Shown: positions 39,849-50,084 of the stretch, piece by piece
Numbering within the stretch: position 1 is the stretch's first letter
How the letters are laid out: every line of letters begins with the position of its first letter
DNA from: an uncultured Gammaproteobacteria bacterium
GTDB lineage: Bacteria; Patescibacteriota; Patescibacteriia; Magasanikbacterales; UBA922
DNA length: 64,000 nt
Direction: 5' to 3'
Assembly (NCBI GenBank): GCA_965231005.1
Contig: OZ246405.1
Span: forward strand, 39,204-103,203
The notes under the pieces: model-generated
Databases searched by the model: none
Seen by the model: only the letters and a program-made list of their open reading frames with translations
Told to the model about the DNA's origin: nothing
Position numbers and translations under genes: made by a program

Positions 39849-39892
39849 ATAGTATGCTTATCTTACACTAAATAAAAAATGTGTCAAGATTA

Positions 39893-40054
39893 TAAAAGGC
39901 CATAAAAGCCTAAAAAGCTAAAAAGGCCTTAAAGGCCCGGACAATACATCTCTTCTTTTTTAGTGCTTTTTTGTCTTATTTAAGCAAAAAATCAAGTTTT
40001 TAATCCTAAGCATTTAGAGCATTTATGGCCTTTACGGCATTTAAAGCCTTTTAT
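39893..40054. repeat. inverted pair of 9-bp periodic arrays (AAAAGGCCAT AAAAGCCTA AAAAGCTA AAAAGGCCTT AAAGGCCC ... TAAGCATTT AGAGCATTT ATGGCCTTT ACGGCATTT AAAGCCTTT)
   Basis: Left array 39893-39947 in reverse orientation, right array 40006-40054 forward, ~60-bp core between. Confidence 0.6.
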
Positions 40055-40264
40055 TAAAAAAAGCCCACAAAAGGCTACACACTCAACGCACCGACAAGAT
40101 ATGAAACCGTGATGCCTGTCGTAACACGGTTTCGACTTGCGAATACTTGTGTATATAGCCAATTGTAAGCTCTTCCTTTGGTGTATGTACTTTCTCATGA
40201 ATACGAAGAGGTGTCAACCTTGAAAATTTGGCTAATTTAGGACAAATTGTGAACAAAAAGTGGA

Positions 40265-41556
40265 TTAGGTGTGCACAAGTTGGGGAAGCATTCTTATAAC
40301 AATCCCCCAGTAAATGGCTGATAGCATAAGACCAATATATGAAGAAAATAGATAATGATCAAATGTACCTAAAACAAGGTAAATGATAGCAAAAAGAAAA
40401 ATCTCTTTTGAAAAACCTGATAAAGAAAGCCACGAATATATAACTCCACACAAAAGAACAATACCAATCACACCGACTTCTGCTAATAAGAGAAATCCAA
40501 CATTATGAACTGGTTGGTATGCCCAACCAGGCAATCCAGGATGATTTATCGCGAGGGCCAAAGAATAGTTCCCTATTCCAACACCGACTAATGGATTATT
40601 TTTTATCAATGCAAAAGATTCTTCATAACCAGAAATTCTTTCTTCCACTGATTTTATTTCTAAACGCGAATCAGGAAAAAATCTTGTTTGTACAATTGGA
40701 AGATACAAAAGGGTAAGAATAACGAACACTCCAACTCCAATAATAATTGGACGTAAGAATTTTTTCCCATACATGATTAGCAACCCCACAAAGCAAACAA
40801 GAAGTGCGAGCCATGCAGAACGACTGAACGTGAAAAATAATGATATCAATAATATGAAATAACAAATATTGGATAATAAATGATTTTTCTTGTTTTTAAG
40901 AAACATGAGTAAGAAAAGTATAATTGCAATAACTAAAAAACCACCAAACACATTTGGATGAGTAAATCCTCCATACGCACGCAACACTCTACCAATTGCA
41001 TTTCCTGCTACCACAGCCGTTCCTGGTTCAGCAACAACATGAGATGATGTCCCAAGTATTGTCGAAACAAATGTTGACTGGGAAATAAACTGCCAAATAC
41101 CAAGAACACCTTGCACAACTGCACCAAACACAAACCATCTCATAATCTTTTGAAGATCAATTGGTCCAATCAACAGAAAAAGAAACAATAATGCTGCTTC
41201 CATAATACGAAGTGCTTGTTGTTGTGCGACATCTACATTTATTGACCAAAATACAGAAAAGAAAATATATAATAAAAAAATAAAAACACTCAATATAAAC
41301 ATTCTATCCTTTGTCAGATAAAATTCATTCTTTCTTATTTGAGAACCTCTCTTCTTCCAATACCAAAAAAAGAAAAAAACTAATAACATCCATAACAAAA
41401 ACTCTGTTGCATAAAATCCAAGTGTTGCATACTCCAGCTTTGCTCCATTCAAAATATATTCATTGTATATCCAAATCGTATGCCATGGGAGAAGGAAGAC
41501 AAATAGATTGATGGACCACTGTAATAAAGTTTCTATTGAAATTTTTCTTTTGTTTA
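40265..41556 (-). CDS. O-antigen ligase/polymerase-like (Wzy_C family) polytopic membrane protein
   Basis: ~10 TM helices with a large periplasmic loop. Start placed at MNIINKRK (ATG at 41556), which is preceded by a GAGGTT SD-like sequence. Confidence 0.5.
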
Positions 41557-41685
41557 TAATATTCATATTAACTATAACCTCATTATACACCAAAAAAAGA
41601 GGTGATTGACAATAAAAATTAGCAATGCAATAATGAAAAAGCACTGGGGAATTCTGCCTCAGCAGCCACATCAAGGAGCAACATC

Positions 41686-41934
41686 ATGAGCACAGACGGA
41701 CTTGGCGTTTCATTCAACATCAACAAAACAGTCTGGTTCAAGCCCACAGAGCGCGGGTTGGCTGTGATGAGAGAAACCGTGCATGCTCAAAGGGCAGCAA
41801 AGGTAACTCAGAGGAAGCCATGGTGCAGTCTCAACTTTTGCGTCTTCGCAAAGATCTTCGGCCCACACTTGGGCTCTGGCTACTCGATGGTGTACGATGG
41901 CCAAATCCTTCTGACTGAGCCACCAAGGAACTAG
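41686..41934 (+). CDS. hypothetical small protein in a GC-rich (~52%) mini-island
   Basis: Strong RBS AAGGAGcaacatcATG; followed by the hairpin GGAAAGTC-acac-GACTTTCC plus a T-rich run. The opposite-strand ORF 41710-42006 was rejected. Confidence 0.4.
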   Translation: MSTDGLGVSFNINKTVWFKPTERGLAVMRETVHAQRAAKVTQRKPWCSLNFCVFAKIFGPHLGSGYSMVYDGQILLTEPPRN

Positions 41935-41977
41935 CGCAGCCGCACACTTCACAAACCGAATAAGGGGGACGGGAAAG

Positions 41978-42982
41978 TCACACGACTTTCCTTTCTTCTT
42001 TTCCAATCCTTGTCATCCACTCCTGCTTAAAATACTCTCTTCTATCATTGTCATGAAATTTTAACATTTCATCACTAACAATCACATCTGTTTTGTGAGA
42101 GTCAAAATCAATATTCTTTTCTTTTAATTTTTTCAATTGAATATTCCTCAACATTCTTTCTAGTGAATCTCCAATGCTTCCACTGAGCAATGTTTCAAAA
42201 ACTCGTTGAAAGGTATTTGTAAAAACATTGTGTGAAACCTTCCACAAACCAAGCGGATTAAATGCTTCTGATGTATTTGGAAGATACTTTTTTGTCCAAG
42301 CATTTTTCTCTTTTATGACTTGCGAAACATTTGACGGATCAAAAACAGGAATAAGTTGTTCAAGCCAATATGTTAGATAAATATCAGGCTGCTCAATTGC
42401 AACAGAAGAGAGATCAAGATGACTTTCTCCTGCATAAAAACTAAGACAAATTTTATCTTTACTTTGTAAGGTTGTAATGCGTAATTTAAAAAAATGAAAA
42501 AGTAAAATAATAAAAAAACGAGCAAACCACATACGTCCATCTTTTATAACAATAAATGTATCAATATCACTCTCCTCTTTTGTTGAAATAGTGAACTGGT
42601 TGCAAACAAAAAATGCACGAACAAATGGAATAAACCGGATGATCTTTGCTGCACGCTTTGCAATCTTCATTTTTCGACGTAACAGCGAAGGCATGGATTT
42701 ACGGTTTTGAATCGTAGAACTTTGTTGAGGCAAAAAATAAAAACTTTCTTGTCTTTCAATTCTTCCAGACAACACCTCACTATCGAGCATATCCAAAAAA
42801 GCAACATACGAAATTTCCTGATTGCTACCCCACTGCCACTCGTAAAGCTCTTGGGCAGTCAATGGATAATCAAATATGCCAAAGTAAGCAATTGTTTTTG
42901 TAATTGATTCACTCATAGTATCTATAGTGTAACCCAGATCGGTTGTTATGTCACCTATAAAAAAACAACTAACAATTAACAA
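41978..42982 (-). CDS. hypothetical protein
   Basis: 334-aa ORF; possible true start at MSESITK (42913); no motif recognised. Confidence 0.4.
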   Translation of the reverse strand: MLIVSCFFIGDITTDLGYTIDTMSESITKTIAYFGIFDYPLTAQELYEWQWGSNQEISYVAFLDMLDSEVLSGRIERQESFYFLPQQSSTIQNRKSMPSLLRRKMKIAKRAAKIIRFIPFVRAFFVCNQFTISTKEESDIDTFIVIKDGRMWFARFFIILLFHFFKLRITTLQSKDKICLSFYAGESHLDLSSVAIEQPDIYLTYWLEQLIPVFDPSNVSQVIKEKNAWTKKYLPNTSEAFNPLGLWKVSHNVFTNTFQRVFETLLSGSIGDSLERMLRNIQLKKLKEKNIDFDSHKTDVIVSDEMLKFHDNDRREYFKQEWMTRIGKEERKVV

Positions 42983-43040
42983 CTAACAACCTATCTAGGA
43001 ATTGTTAATTGTTAATTGCTAGTTGTTAATTGTTGTTAAT
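42964..43040. repeat. compact inverted pair of TTGTTAA-type arrays (AACAACTAACAATTAACAACTAACAACC tatctaggaa TTGTTAATTGTTAATTGCTAGTTGTTAATTGTTGTTAATC)
   Basis: Read directly; overlaps the yidC stop. Confidence 0.55.
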
Positions 43041-43797
43041 CAACCAACGTTCCTTCAATCACTCCACCACTTTTTCCAGAACCATCATCTTTATTTTTCT
43101 TTCGAAACATCACCCATTGTTGTACACCAGTCAATAGTGTTGAAAGGAACCAGTAAAGCGCAAGCCCCCCTGGGAAACTCAATCCAATGAATACTGTCAT
43201 CACTGGCATAAAGTAAAGCATTTGCTTATTCATCATACTCATCATATTCTCATCCTTTCCACCTTCACCAGCTTCTTTTGGAGGTTTTCTACTTTGCATC
43301 ATTTTTGCCTGCCAATATTGAGCACCACCAGCAAGAACTGCAAGCACAGGACTTGTCTTACTTAAATCAAAAAGACCAAATGATATTGGATTTATATTTC
43401 CAGGACTTGGAACAAATGAATAGAGCAAACTAAAATCAGTTGATGAAAGAGTCTCTCGTAACACCCAATACAGCGCAAGAAATACTGGTAATTGGATAAG
43501 AATTGGCAAACAAGAACCAAGTGGGTTTACCTTGTGCTCTTTATATAACGCCATTGTTTCCTTTGCCATTGCTTGCTGATCATCTTTGTATTTCTTTTTC
43601 AATGCCTCCATTTTTGGTTGAAGATCTGCCAAAGACTTCTGAGCAGCAATTGATTTTTTAGTCAAAGGATACAATGCCAATTTAATCAAAACTGTTAATA
43701 CAAGAATAACAACACCTACGTCCAAGAAGATATTGTAAAAGCCAACAAAAAAGTTAAATATTGGCTGATAAAGGATAAGTTCAAATAATGCTTTCAT
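43036..43797 (-). CDS. yidC: membrane protein insertase YidC (short form)
   Basis: LYPLTKKS...MQ..QPKM..L...YK.........MALYKEHKVNPLGSCLPILIQLPVF signature of YidC/Oxa1. Confidence 0.8.
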   Translation of the reverse strand: MKALFELILYQPIFNFFVGFYNIFLDVGVVILVLTVLIKLALYPLTKKSIAAQKSLADLQPKMEALKKKYKDDQQAMAKETMALYKEHKVNPLGSCLPILIQLPVFLALYWVLRETLSSTDFSLLYSFVPSPGNINPISFGLFDLSKTSPVLAVLAGGAQYWQAKMMQSRKPPKEAGEGGKDENMMSMMNKQMLYFMPVMTVFIGLSFPGGLALYWFLSTLLTGVQQWVMFRKKNKDDGSGKSGGVIEGTLVD

Positions 43798-43882
43798 AGT
43801 GGAACGAGTATATCACAGGTGTGTAAAAAGCTCAACGCCCCGTGTTTGCTTCGCAAACCGGGGCGCTGTTCAAAAATCCTAA

Positions 43883-45241
43883 TTATTTTGATTCTTCAGC
43901 TGAATCCTCTTCAGATTCTTCTTTTGCATCAGTTGGCTCTTCCTCAACTGATTCTTCTTTTTCTTTATCTTCTTCTGAGTCAGGTGCATCTTCTTGTGAT
44001 TCATCTTTGCTTTCTTCTACAACTTCTTCTTTTTCTTCTGATGCTTCTTTCTTTTCATCTTCTGAAATATCTTCGTCTTCGCTGCTGACTACTTTTTCTT
44101 CTCCACCTTCTTGTACAACATCAATCTTCCATTCAGTAAGAGATGCTGCAAGACGAACATTTTGACCATTTCGACCAATCGCAAGTGAAAACTGATCTTC
44201 AGCAACAAACACTTTTGCTTCTTTTGTTTCTTCGTCTAATTCAACACGATCAACTTTTGCTGGAGAAAGAGAATTTTTAATAAATTCTTGTGCATCTTCA
44301 CTCCATGAAATCACATCAATTTTTTCTCCACCAAGTTCAGCAATAATAGTTGTAATTCTACTTCCACGTTGTCCAATACATGAACCAATTGGATCAATAG
44401 ATTCGTCGTCTGTAGATACAGCAACTTTAGAACGTTGTCCTGGATCACGAGCAATACCTTTGATAACAACTGAACCAGATGCAATTTCTGGAATTTCTTG
44501 TTCAAAGACTGCTTCAATCATCTTTTTACTAGATCGAGAAAGTAAAATTTCTGGACCACGTTTTCCCATTTCAACAGAAATAATATAAAATTGTGTTCGC
44601 ATTCCTGGACGCAAAAATTCACCTTGTACTTGTTCTTCTGGTGAAAGAATACCAGTAATTTTTCCTAAATCAACAAGTGTATTTCCACTTCTGTCACGAC
44701 GTTGAATTGTTCCTTGAACAATTTGTCCTTGTTGATCTTTGAAATCTTCAAATACACTGTTACGTTCAGCCTCACGAACTTTTTGAATAATAACTTGCTT
44801 TGCCGTTTGAGCTGCCATACGACCAAAGTCTCCAGGCACATCAAGATCAATGCGAAGTGTTTCACCAATCTTTGCACTTTTTTTATGTTCCTTTGCTTCT
44901 GTAATCATCATTTCTGTTTTTGGATTGAAGTGAGGAATACCTTCCACTTCTTCTTCGGTGATATCTCGCCCTTCTTTTCGTGCTTCTTCACGAAGATCAG
45001 CAAGTTGTTCTTGTGCTTTTTCCAAAACGTCTTCATCAATGTCTTCGACAACAACTTTTTCATCCCACACTTCCATATCTCCAGTTTCAGAGTCAAATTT
45101 TACTTGTACGTTTTGTTGACGATTTCCAAAATCTTTTCTGTATGCTGCAGCAAGCGCGATTTCAAGCGCTTCCATGACAACATCAACATCAAGTCCTTTT
45201 TCGTCAGACAGAAACTTGATTGCTTTTGTAATATCTGAGGC
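43883..45241 (-). CDS. nusA: transcription termination/antitermination factor NusA with acidic C-terminal tail
   Basis: S1 and tandem KH domains; start at MASDITK (track ORF extended 9 codons upstream); Glu/Ser/Asp-rich tail. Confidence 0.85.
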   Translation of the reverse strand, partial: ASDITKAIKFLSDEKGLDVDVVMEALEIALAAAYRKDFGNRQQNVQVKFDSETGDMEVWDEKVVVEDIDEDVLEKAQEQLADLREEARKEGRDITEEEVEGIPHFNPKTEMMITEAKEHKKSAKIGETLRIDLDVPGDFGRMAAQTAKQVIIQKVREAERNSVFEDFKDQQGQIVQGTIQRRDRSGNTLVDLGKITGILSPEEQVQGEFLRPGMRTQFYIISVEMGKRGPEILLSRSSKKMIEAVFEQEIPEIASGSVVIKGIARDPGQRSKVAVSTDDESIDPIGSCIGQRGSRITTIIAELGGEKIDVISWSEDAQEFIKNSLSPAKVDRVELDEETKEAKVFVAEDQFSLAIGRNGQNVRLAASLTEWKIDVVQEGGEEKVVSSEDEDISEDEKKEASEEKEEVVEESKDESQEDAPDSEEDKEKEESVEEEPTDAKEESEEDSAEESK

Positions 45242-45249
45242 CATAAATA

Positions 45250-45433
45250 AATAATTAACAATTAACAACTAACAATTAACAAATTTAATAGGGAAAGAAT
45301 ATTTAATACGAGTACGAGAACGATATCACTATCTATTATCTAATATAGAGAATAAATCAGATAAGACTGACGTCCTTTTCTAACAAAGCCTTTCTATACT
45401 AAGTTGCTAATTGTTAATTGCTAATTGTTTTTT
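45250..45433. mobile_element. MITE-like inverted-repeat element (TTGTTAA-array arms with a CTATACTAAGTTG core)
   Basis: Left TAATTAACAATTAACAACTAACAATTAACAAATTT; right CTTTCTATACTAAGTTGCTAATTGTTAATTGCTAATTG. The right-arm core is near-identical to 35371-35400. Confidence 0.5.
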
Positions 45434-45510
45434 GATTAAAGAAAAGCAGCTTTAGTAAGCTACTTTATTGTTAATATAATACCATATTATGTACGTTTTG
45501 TCAATAGCAA

Positions 45511-45897
45511 TTACTCAACTGGGATAATATAATGCCTAATTATAGGCGATTTATCATAAAAATCTACATACACACCAATATGTTCAAATTGAATTGGTGT
45601 ATCTTCAATGTTTATCCCTTTTATTATGCAATACTCCTGAGCTGTTCGTTTAAGACGGAGAATCTTCTGCCTTCCAGTTGCTCGCTCAGCACTCCCAACC
45701 TGTCCATTTCTTGTTTTGACTTCAATAAAGCAGAGTGTTTTTTGGCCACGTTTTGTATGCCAAGCAATAATATCAATCTCTCCTCTTCGTGTTTGAAAAT
45801 TTTTTTCAAGGATGCTGTAGCCTTCCTTTTGTAAAAAAAGAACGCTTTGCTGCTCCCCCCACGCACCAAGACGTTTCTTTTTGTTCCCTCCTTTCAT
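45511..45897 (-). CDS. YraN-family (UPF0102) endonuclease
   Basis: GAWGEQQSVLFLQKEGYSILEKNF..GEIDIIA......FIEVKTR pattern. Confidence 0.75.
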   Translation of the reverse strand: MKGGNKKKRLGAWGEQQSVLFLQKEGYSILEKNFQTRRGEIDIIAWHTKRGQKTLCFIEVKTRNGQVGSAERATGRQKILRLKRTAQEYCIIKGINIEDTPIQFEHIGVYVDFYDKSPIIRHYIIPVE

Positions 45898-45908
45898 ATT
45901 TTAAAATG

Positions 45909-48827
45909 TTATTGACATGAGCCATTTATACAACTCTTTCCAGCAGCACATCCATCAATACAAAGCTGTGAACAAACACCTGCTGCAGATCCTGTGTAAT
46001 TCTTAATTGCGCGACAAAGTGTTCGTTCATTTCCTAATCCATACACTCTTGACTTTTCTGTAATCTTATTAAATGAATGCATGAATTTTTTTGAAATATC
46101 CATAACAGATATTCTTGTTGCTTTCAAAAGATTTGCAGAACCAGTATTTGAATGCGTTCCTCCACCAAAGTTACATCCAACTTCCTGATCAAAACCAGGA
46201 TCATTGAATGAACAATCCAATACACCATCTTTTCCACAGCCATTTCCAATTAAATCTGACCAAGAAGATTGTGAACATGCATTTGCTGGTGCATCATCAC
46301 ATACAATCTCGTTTACAAAATGTCCGCCTCCACTATATTTAAATTGTTTACAATAATTATCAAGATCGAGTGAAGAAGAGTGATATGTGTTTGGTCGAAA
46401 GTTTGGGGTATAACTCATTTTATTTTCCTTTACATATTCATCTACATTGAATAAATCGAAAGTATCAACGTATTCTTCACCTAAAAATCCAAGTTCATGG
46501 CCTAATTCATGAAGAACAACACGTCCTACTTGAAATTCTTTGAAACAAGTTGGAGCTGTTTTTGAAGCAAGACAATTCTTGAGTGGTTGACTTGCAATGC
46601 CAAATGTTACACCCTTGTTAAACGTACACTGTCCACTGACTGCTCTTGTCTGTACCTGTGTCAGTGAGTCATCATCAATCATTGCATAGAAAATTGTTTT
46701 TCCTTTGAAATTATGGCTCAAATACATTTCCTGACTCTTGGAAAGTTTTTCCCAGCCAAAAAAGATACTACTAAAATTCCCAAACTCCCATGTCGCTTCG
46801 TCGACTGTGAGTTTAGTATTGTACTTCCAAAAATTAAACTTATTCTTATTTGATTTTATTGGTTCAACATTTAGCAAGCTCAATTTTGCATCTGTTGTAA
46901 CGTATGAAAGGATTTGTTGGAACAAATTATCATCAAAACCAATATTTAAAAATACAATATTAACCCTGTTTTCATTTGAATTATTCTGCCCTTGCAGGAC
47001 TGGTGAAAATGTTCCTACGTTCATTGCAGGATAGACAAGGACATTTCCTCTGTACCGCCAACTGTCAAACTTTTCTACATCTGGATGATTCACTGGTGTT
47101 AATCCCCATCCAACATATGATGGATAAAAATCATATGTTTGTTTTGTTCCATTATTATTTGTAACAGTAAATGTAAAGTAAAAATAATATGCACCTTCGT
47201 CCAGTGTATATTTAAACGAATGGATCTGACCAATCTTAATATTGTTTAATGTTTGTTCATAGTAAAAATTCTCATCTGCAAATTTTGTTAAGCCAGCGGG
47301 GACTTCTGTTCCATTAGCAGCCGTTGGCTGATCCACAATCTTCATCGTTAGATCAATCTGTTTACTATTTGCAAGAATATCGTCTCTTACAATAGGAGTA
47401 AATGGCAAAATAATTTCACGACCTGCCACTTCGTACTGTGACCAATATGTTCCATTTGTATCAACCCGAGCTGGGAGCCTATTTTGTTGTGCAGCACTGC
47501 TTGGACTTTTCTTGAACGACTGTAGTGAATAAAGAGAAAGTGTTGTGTCTTGAACTAAATTACAATACCTATTTGGAATAAATTTTGTTATGTAGCCTGG
47601 TGCAGACGCAACAATAGTATGAATCTCGCTTTTTAATAAATTCCCATCCAACACAGCTTTCCCCTGACTGTTAGTTTTTGCAGTCATTTCAATATTTGAA
47701 TTTCCAAATGCAATATTAAATGGTGTTACATGCAATGGATCCATTTCACTATCGCGTCCATATACAGTTACAAGCGCATTTGAAACAGGTTGACCATTTG
47801 ATACAACTGTTATTGTTCTATTTGTCCACGGACAGCCCGTCTGATTCACAACAAACTGTTGATTGCTAGTCTGCTTTGTTCGTGTATCTTTAATTTGAAT
47901 TGTTGGTTGTGGTGTATCTACTTTGGTTGGTGGAGAAATTGTTTGTGTTGTCTGCGGCTTTTGCACCACACTTTTGTCTGCTGTGTTCGTAGATTTTTTA
48001 GCAGGAGTATTTTTGACCTGCGGTGTAGATTTTTGGACAACCGGCTGTTTTTTGACAACAGTCTTTTGTATTGGCTGAACCGTCTTTTGTGCAGGCTGTG
48101 TTGTTTTTACAAAACTTGAACCACCAGATCCAGTGTTATATTGTTCTGTCTTATCAATTACAACAATACGATCCCAACGAAACCCAAAAGAATTAAATTC
48201 TTTTTCATCTTTAATATGTTTTTTAATTTGTTTTGATGCATCTGTTGGATCTGGTTCAAGGCGATACACATCTGCAGAGTCAGGATATTTTACAATTGTA
48301 TAATTTGGATGACGATTCGTATAATTAATTTCTGAACCAGTAAAGTAATTATTTAATAATCTCTGATCAATATCCTCAATCCAATTCCATGAATATCCTA
48401 ATTTGTTAAATACTGACTCATCAGTAATCCAATATTTTTCATTTCCCAAAAGAAGATATACTTTTGGGTCATCAACCGTTTTTACAAGTGCCCCATATTT
48501 TGGATCATACAATGGCCCGGCCGGCATAAATCCTAGATGATCTTTTGGAATAGAAGCAAGCTCATAAGATGAAACGTGTGTGACTTCATTCCAAGAATAA
48601 AAATATGTGAAGTATTTCTTTGCTGAGCGGAATGGACGCTTTGTACATTGTTTTGTTATGTAATAGACTGCACTGCTATTTGGCGCCTTATATGCATTTT
48701 GCTCTGGCAATGGGCAGCCAACAGCTTGTGTTGATTGAAAAAAATACCCAAAAAACAAAAAAAGGCCTGAAGTAAAAAGAAGCCAATAAAAATATACTAT
48801 TTTTTTGCTTAAATTAGTCAAAAACAT
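45909..48827 (-). CDS. secreted large protein with a peptidase M64 (IgA-peptidase-like) zinc-binding motif, Thr/Pro/Gln-rich linker and Cys-rich C-terminus
   Basis: Signal/TM at the N-terminus; HELGHELGFLGEEY matches the M64 HExxH...DEY signature; 972 aa. Confidence 0.5.
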   Translation of the reverse strand: MFLTNLSKKIVYFYWLLFTSGLFLFFGYFFQSTQAVGCPLPEQNAYKAPNSSAVYYITKQCTKRPFRSAKKYFTYFYSWNEVTHVSSYELASIPKDHLGFMPAGPLYDPKYGALVKTVDDPKVYLLLGNEKYWITDESVFNKLGYSWNWIEDIDQRLLNNYFTGSEINYTNRHPNYTIVKYPDSADVYRLEPDPTDASKQIKKHIKDEKEFNSFGFRWDRIVVIDKTEQYNTGSGGSSFVKTTQPAQKTVQPIQKTVVKKQPVVQKSTPQVKNTPAKKSTNTADKSVVQKPQTTQTISPPTKVDTPQPTIQIKDTRTKQTSNQQFVVNQTGCPWTNRTITVVSNGQPVSNALVTVYGRDSEMDPLHVTPFNIAFGNSNIEMTAKTNSQGKAVLDGNLLKSEIHTIVASAPGYITKFIPNRYCNLVQDTTLSLYSLQSFKKSPSSAAQQNRLPARVDTNGTYWSQYEVAGREIILPFTPIVRDDILANSKQIDLTMKIVDQPTAANGTEVPAGLTKFADENFYYEQTLNNIKIGQIHSFKYTLDEGAYYFYFTFTVTNNNGTKQTYDFYPSYVGWGLTPVNHPDVEKFDSWRYRGNVLVYPAMNVGTFSPVLQGQNNSNENRVNIVFLNIGFDDNLFQQILSYVTTDAKLSLLNVEPIKSNKNKFNFWKYNTKLTVDEATWEFGNFSSIFFGWEKLSKSQEMYLSHNFKGKTIFYAMIDDDSLTQVQTRAVSGQCTFNKGVTFGIASQPLKNCLASKTAPTCFKEFQVGRVVLHELGHELGFLGEEYVDTFDLFNVDEYVKENKMSYTPNFRPNTYHSSSLDLDNYCKQFKYSGGGHFVNEIVCDDAPANACSQSSWSDLIGNGCGKDGVLDCSFNDPGFDQEVGCNFGGGTHSNTGSANLLKATRISVMDISKKFMHSFNKITEKSRVYGLGNERTLCRAIKNYTGSAAGVCSQLCIDGCAAGKSCINGSCQ

Positions 48828-48837
48828 ATGAAAATCA

Positions 48838-48887
48838 AGCTTTTATGGCCTTCATAGCTTTTAAAGCCTTTACGGCCTTTTTACGAT
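48838..48887. repeat. 9-bp periodic array (AAGCTTTT ATGGCCTTC ATAGCTTTT AAAGCCTTT ACGGCCTTTTT)
   Basis: Read directly. Confidence 0.6.
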
Positions 48888-49432
48888 TGCTTGAACAATA
48901 CCAGCCCTTTATGAAATTGTCCAACTGGGAACTCCTCTTGCAATACAAATCCGTGTGTTGTTGCCCATTTCTTAATATCTTCAAAATCAATAAAATGTTC
49001 GTCTGATGGTCCAAAAGTTAATCCTTTTTTTGACCAATCAACAATAATGAGACGGGCTTTATCTTTTAGTAAACGATGCGTTTCATCTAAGACTGCATGT
49101 CTATCTTTTGACTGAACCAATGTATTTACAAGAAAACCAACATCAAGACTATTTGCTGGAATAGCAGTCTTTCCTGTCCGTTCTAAATCTGCCCAGATGG
49201 TTTGAATATTATTTAACTTACTTAGCTCTGCACGTTTATGAACTATCTCGAGCACTGATTTCATAATATCAATCCCATACATAATGCCATGATCACCTAA
49301 AATATTTGCCGCAGGAAAAAGAATATGTCCAGTTTTTCCACATCCAAAATCTGCAACATGCATGCCTGGCTGAAGCTGTGCTTTTTCAAAAAGCAAGTGT
49401 GGATCTACCATTTGATTCCCACTGTGATACAT
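48881..49432 (-). CDS. class I SAM-dependent methyltransferase
   Basis: VADFGCGKTG motif I. Confidence 0.65.
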   Translation of the reverse strand: MYHSGNQMVDPHLLFEKAQLQPGMHVADFGCGKTGHILFPAANILGDHGIMYGIDIMKSVLEIVHKRAELSKLNNIQTIWADLERTGKTAIPANSLDVGFLVNTLVQSKDRHAVLDETHRLLKDKARLIIVDWSKKGLTFGPSDEHFIDFEDIKKWATTHGFVLQEEFPVGQFHKGLVLFKQS

Positions 49433-49441
49433 AATGCAAAA

Positions 49442-49681
49442 TTAATTTTGAATGCCAAACATACGACCAAATACATTTAAAATCAATGGTCCTAATAGCC
49501 CTGTCATACCCATCATGGCAACGAAAATAAAAACAATGCCTAGTACTTTATAAAAAAAACGGGATCCACCAAAATGCTGCTCAGCCCAGTCACTTCTCCC
49601 AAACATTTGCAATACCCATTCTGTTTTTAACACCATAAAAACTCCGACTGCAATAGCTAATAAACCTACAAAATATTTCAT
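49442..49681 (-). CDS. small membrane protein (79 aa)
   Basis: Two TM helices. Confidence 0.4.
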   Translation of the reverse strand: MKYFVGLLAIAVGVFMVLKTEWVLQMFGRSDWAEQHFGGSRFFYKVLGIVFIFVAMMGMTGLLGPLILNVFGRMFGIQN

Positions 49682-49714
49682 ACAATATTATTTTAAACAC
49701 TACTAGTATACTTC

Positions 49715-49768
49715 AAAAGGCTAAAAAGGTCTAAAAAGTGAAAAGGCAAAAAGGTCTTTTAGACCTTC
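49715..49768. repeat. 9-bp periodic array, reverse orientation, ending in the hairpin AAGGTC-tttta-GACCTT
   Basis: AAAAGGCTA AAAAGGTCT AAAAAGTGA AAAGGCAAA AAGGTCTTTTAGACCTT. Confidence 0.55.
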
Positions 49769-49799
49769 TCGCTTTCAAAAATCTAATAACTAATAGCTA

Positions 49800-50084
49800 T
49801 TAACTAGTAACTAATGGCATCAACTCACCCTTTGCATGAAGTGCTGCCAAGTCATCATATCCACCAATAAACTTTTCTCCAATAAAAATCAACGGTACGG
49901 TCATATGACCAGTTTCTTTAATTAGTTTGTCACGAACATCTGGGTTTGCTTGCACATCGGTATCTTCAAATGGAATGTTCAGTGATGCAAAAAGTTCTTT
50001 TGCTCTGTGACAGTACGGGCAATATGGTGTTGTATATATTTTTACTTGTTTCATATTGTAGATTTCTAGGTACGGATTTTCCAT
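49800..50084 (-). CDS. glutaredoxin-family protein
   Basis: CPYC active-site motif (YTTPYCPYCHRAKELF). Confidence 0.7.
   Translation of the reverse strand: MENPYLEIYNMKQVKIYTTPYCPYCHRAKELFASLNIPFEDTDVQANPDVRDKLIKETGHMTVPLIFIGEKFIGGYDDLAALHAKGELMPLVTS

Noticed and set aside
39992-40198. 68-aa minus-strand ORF in the groES upstream region
   Set aside because: It lies within the repeat-rich intergenic DNA (9-mer arrays). It has no RBS and its composition is not plausible.
40075-40260. Possible ncRNA between the 9-mer arrays and the O-antigen-ligase-like gene (hairpin GAAACCGTG...CACGGTTTC)
   Set aside because: There is only one short hairpin and no match to SRP, tmRNA or 6S hallmarks I could recognise. 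Support is insufficient.
43842-45238. Plus-strand ORFs 43842-44165 and 44702-45238
   Set aside because: They are antisense to nusA, and the first covers the acidic tail giving a Ser-rich mirror translation.
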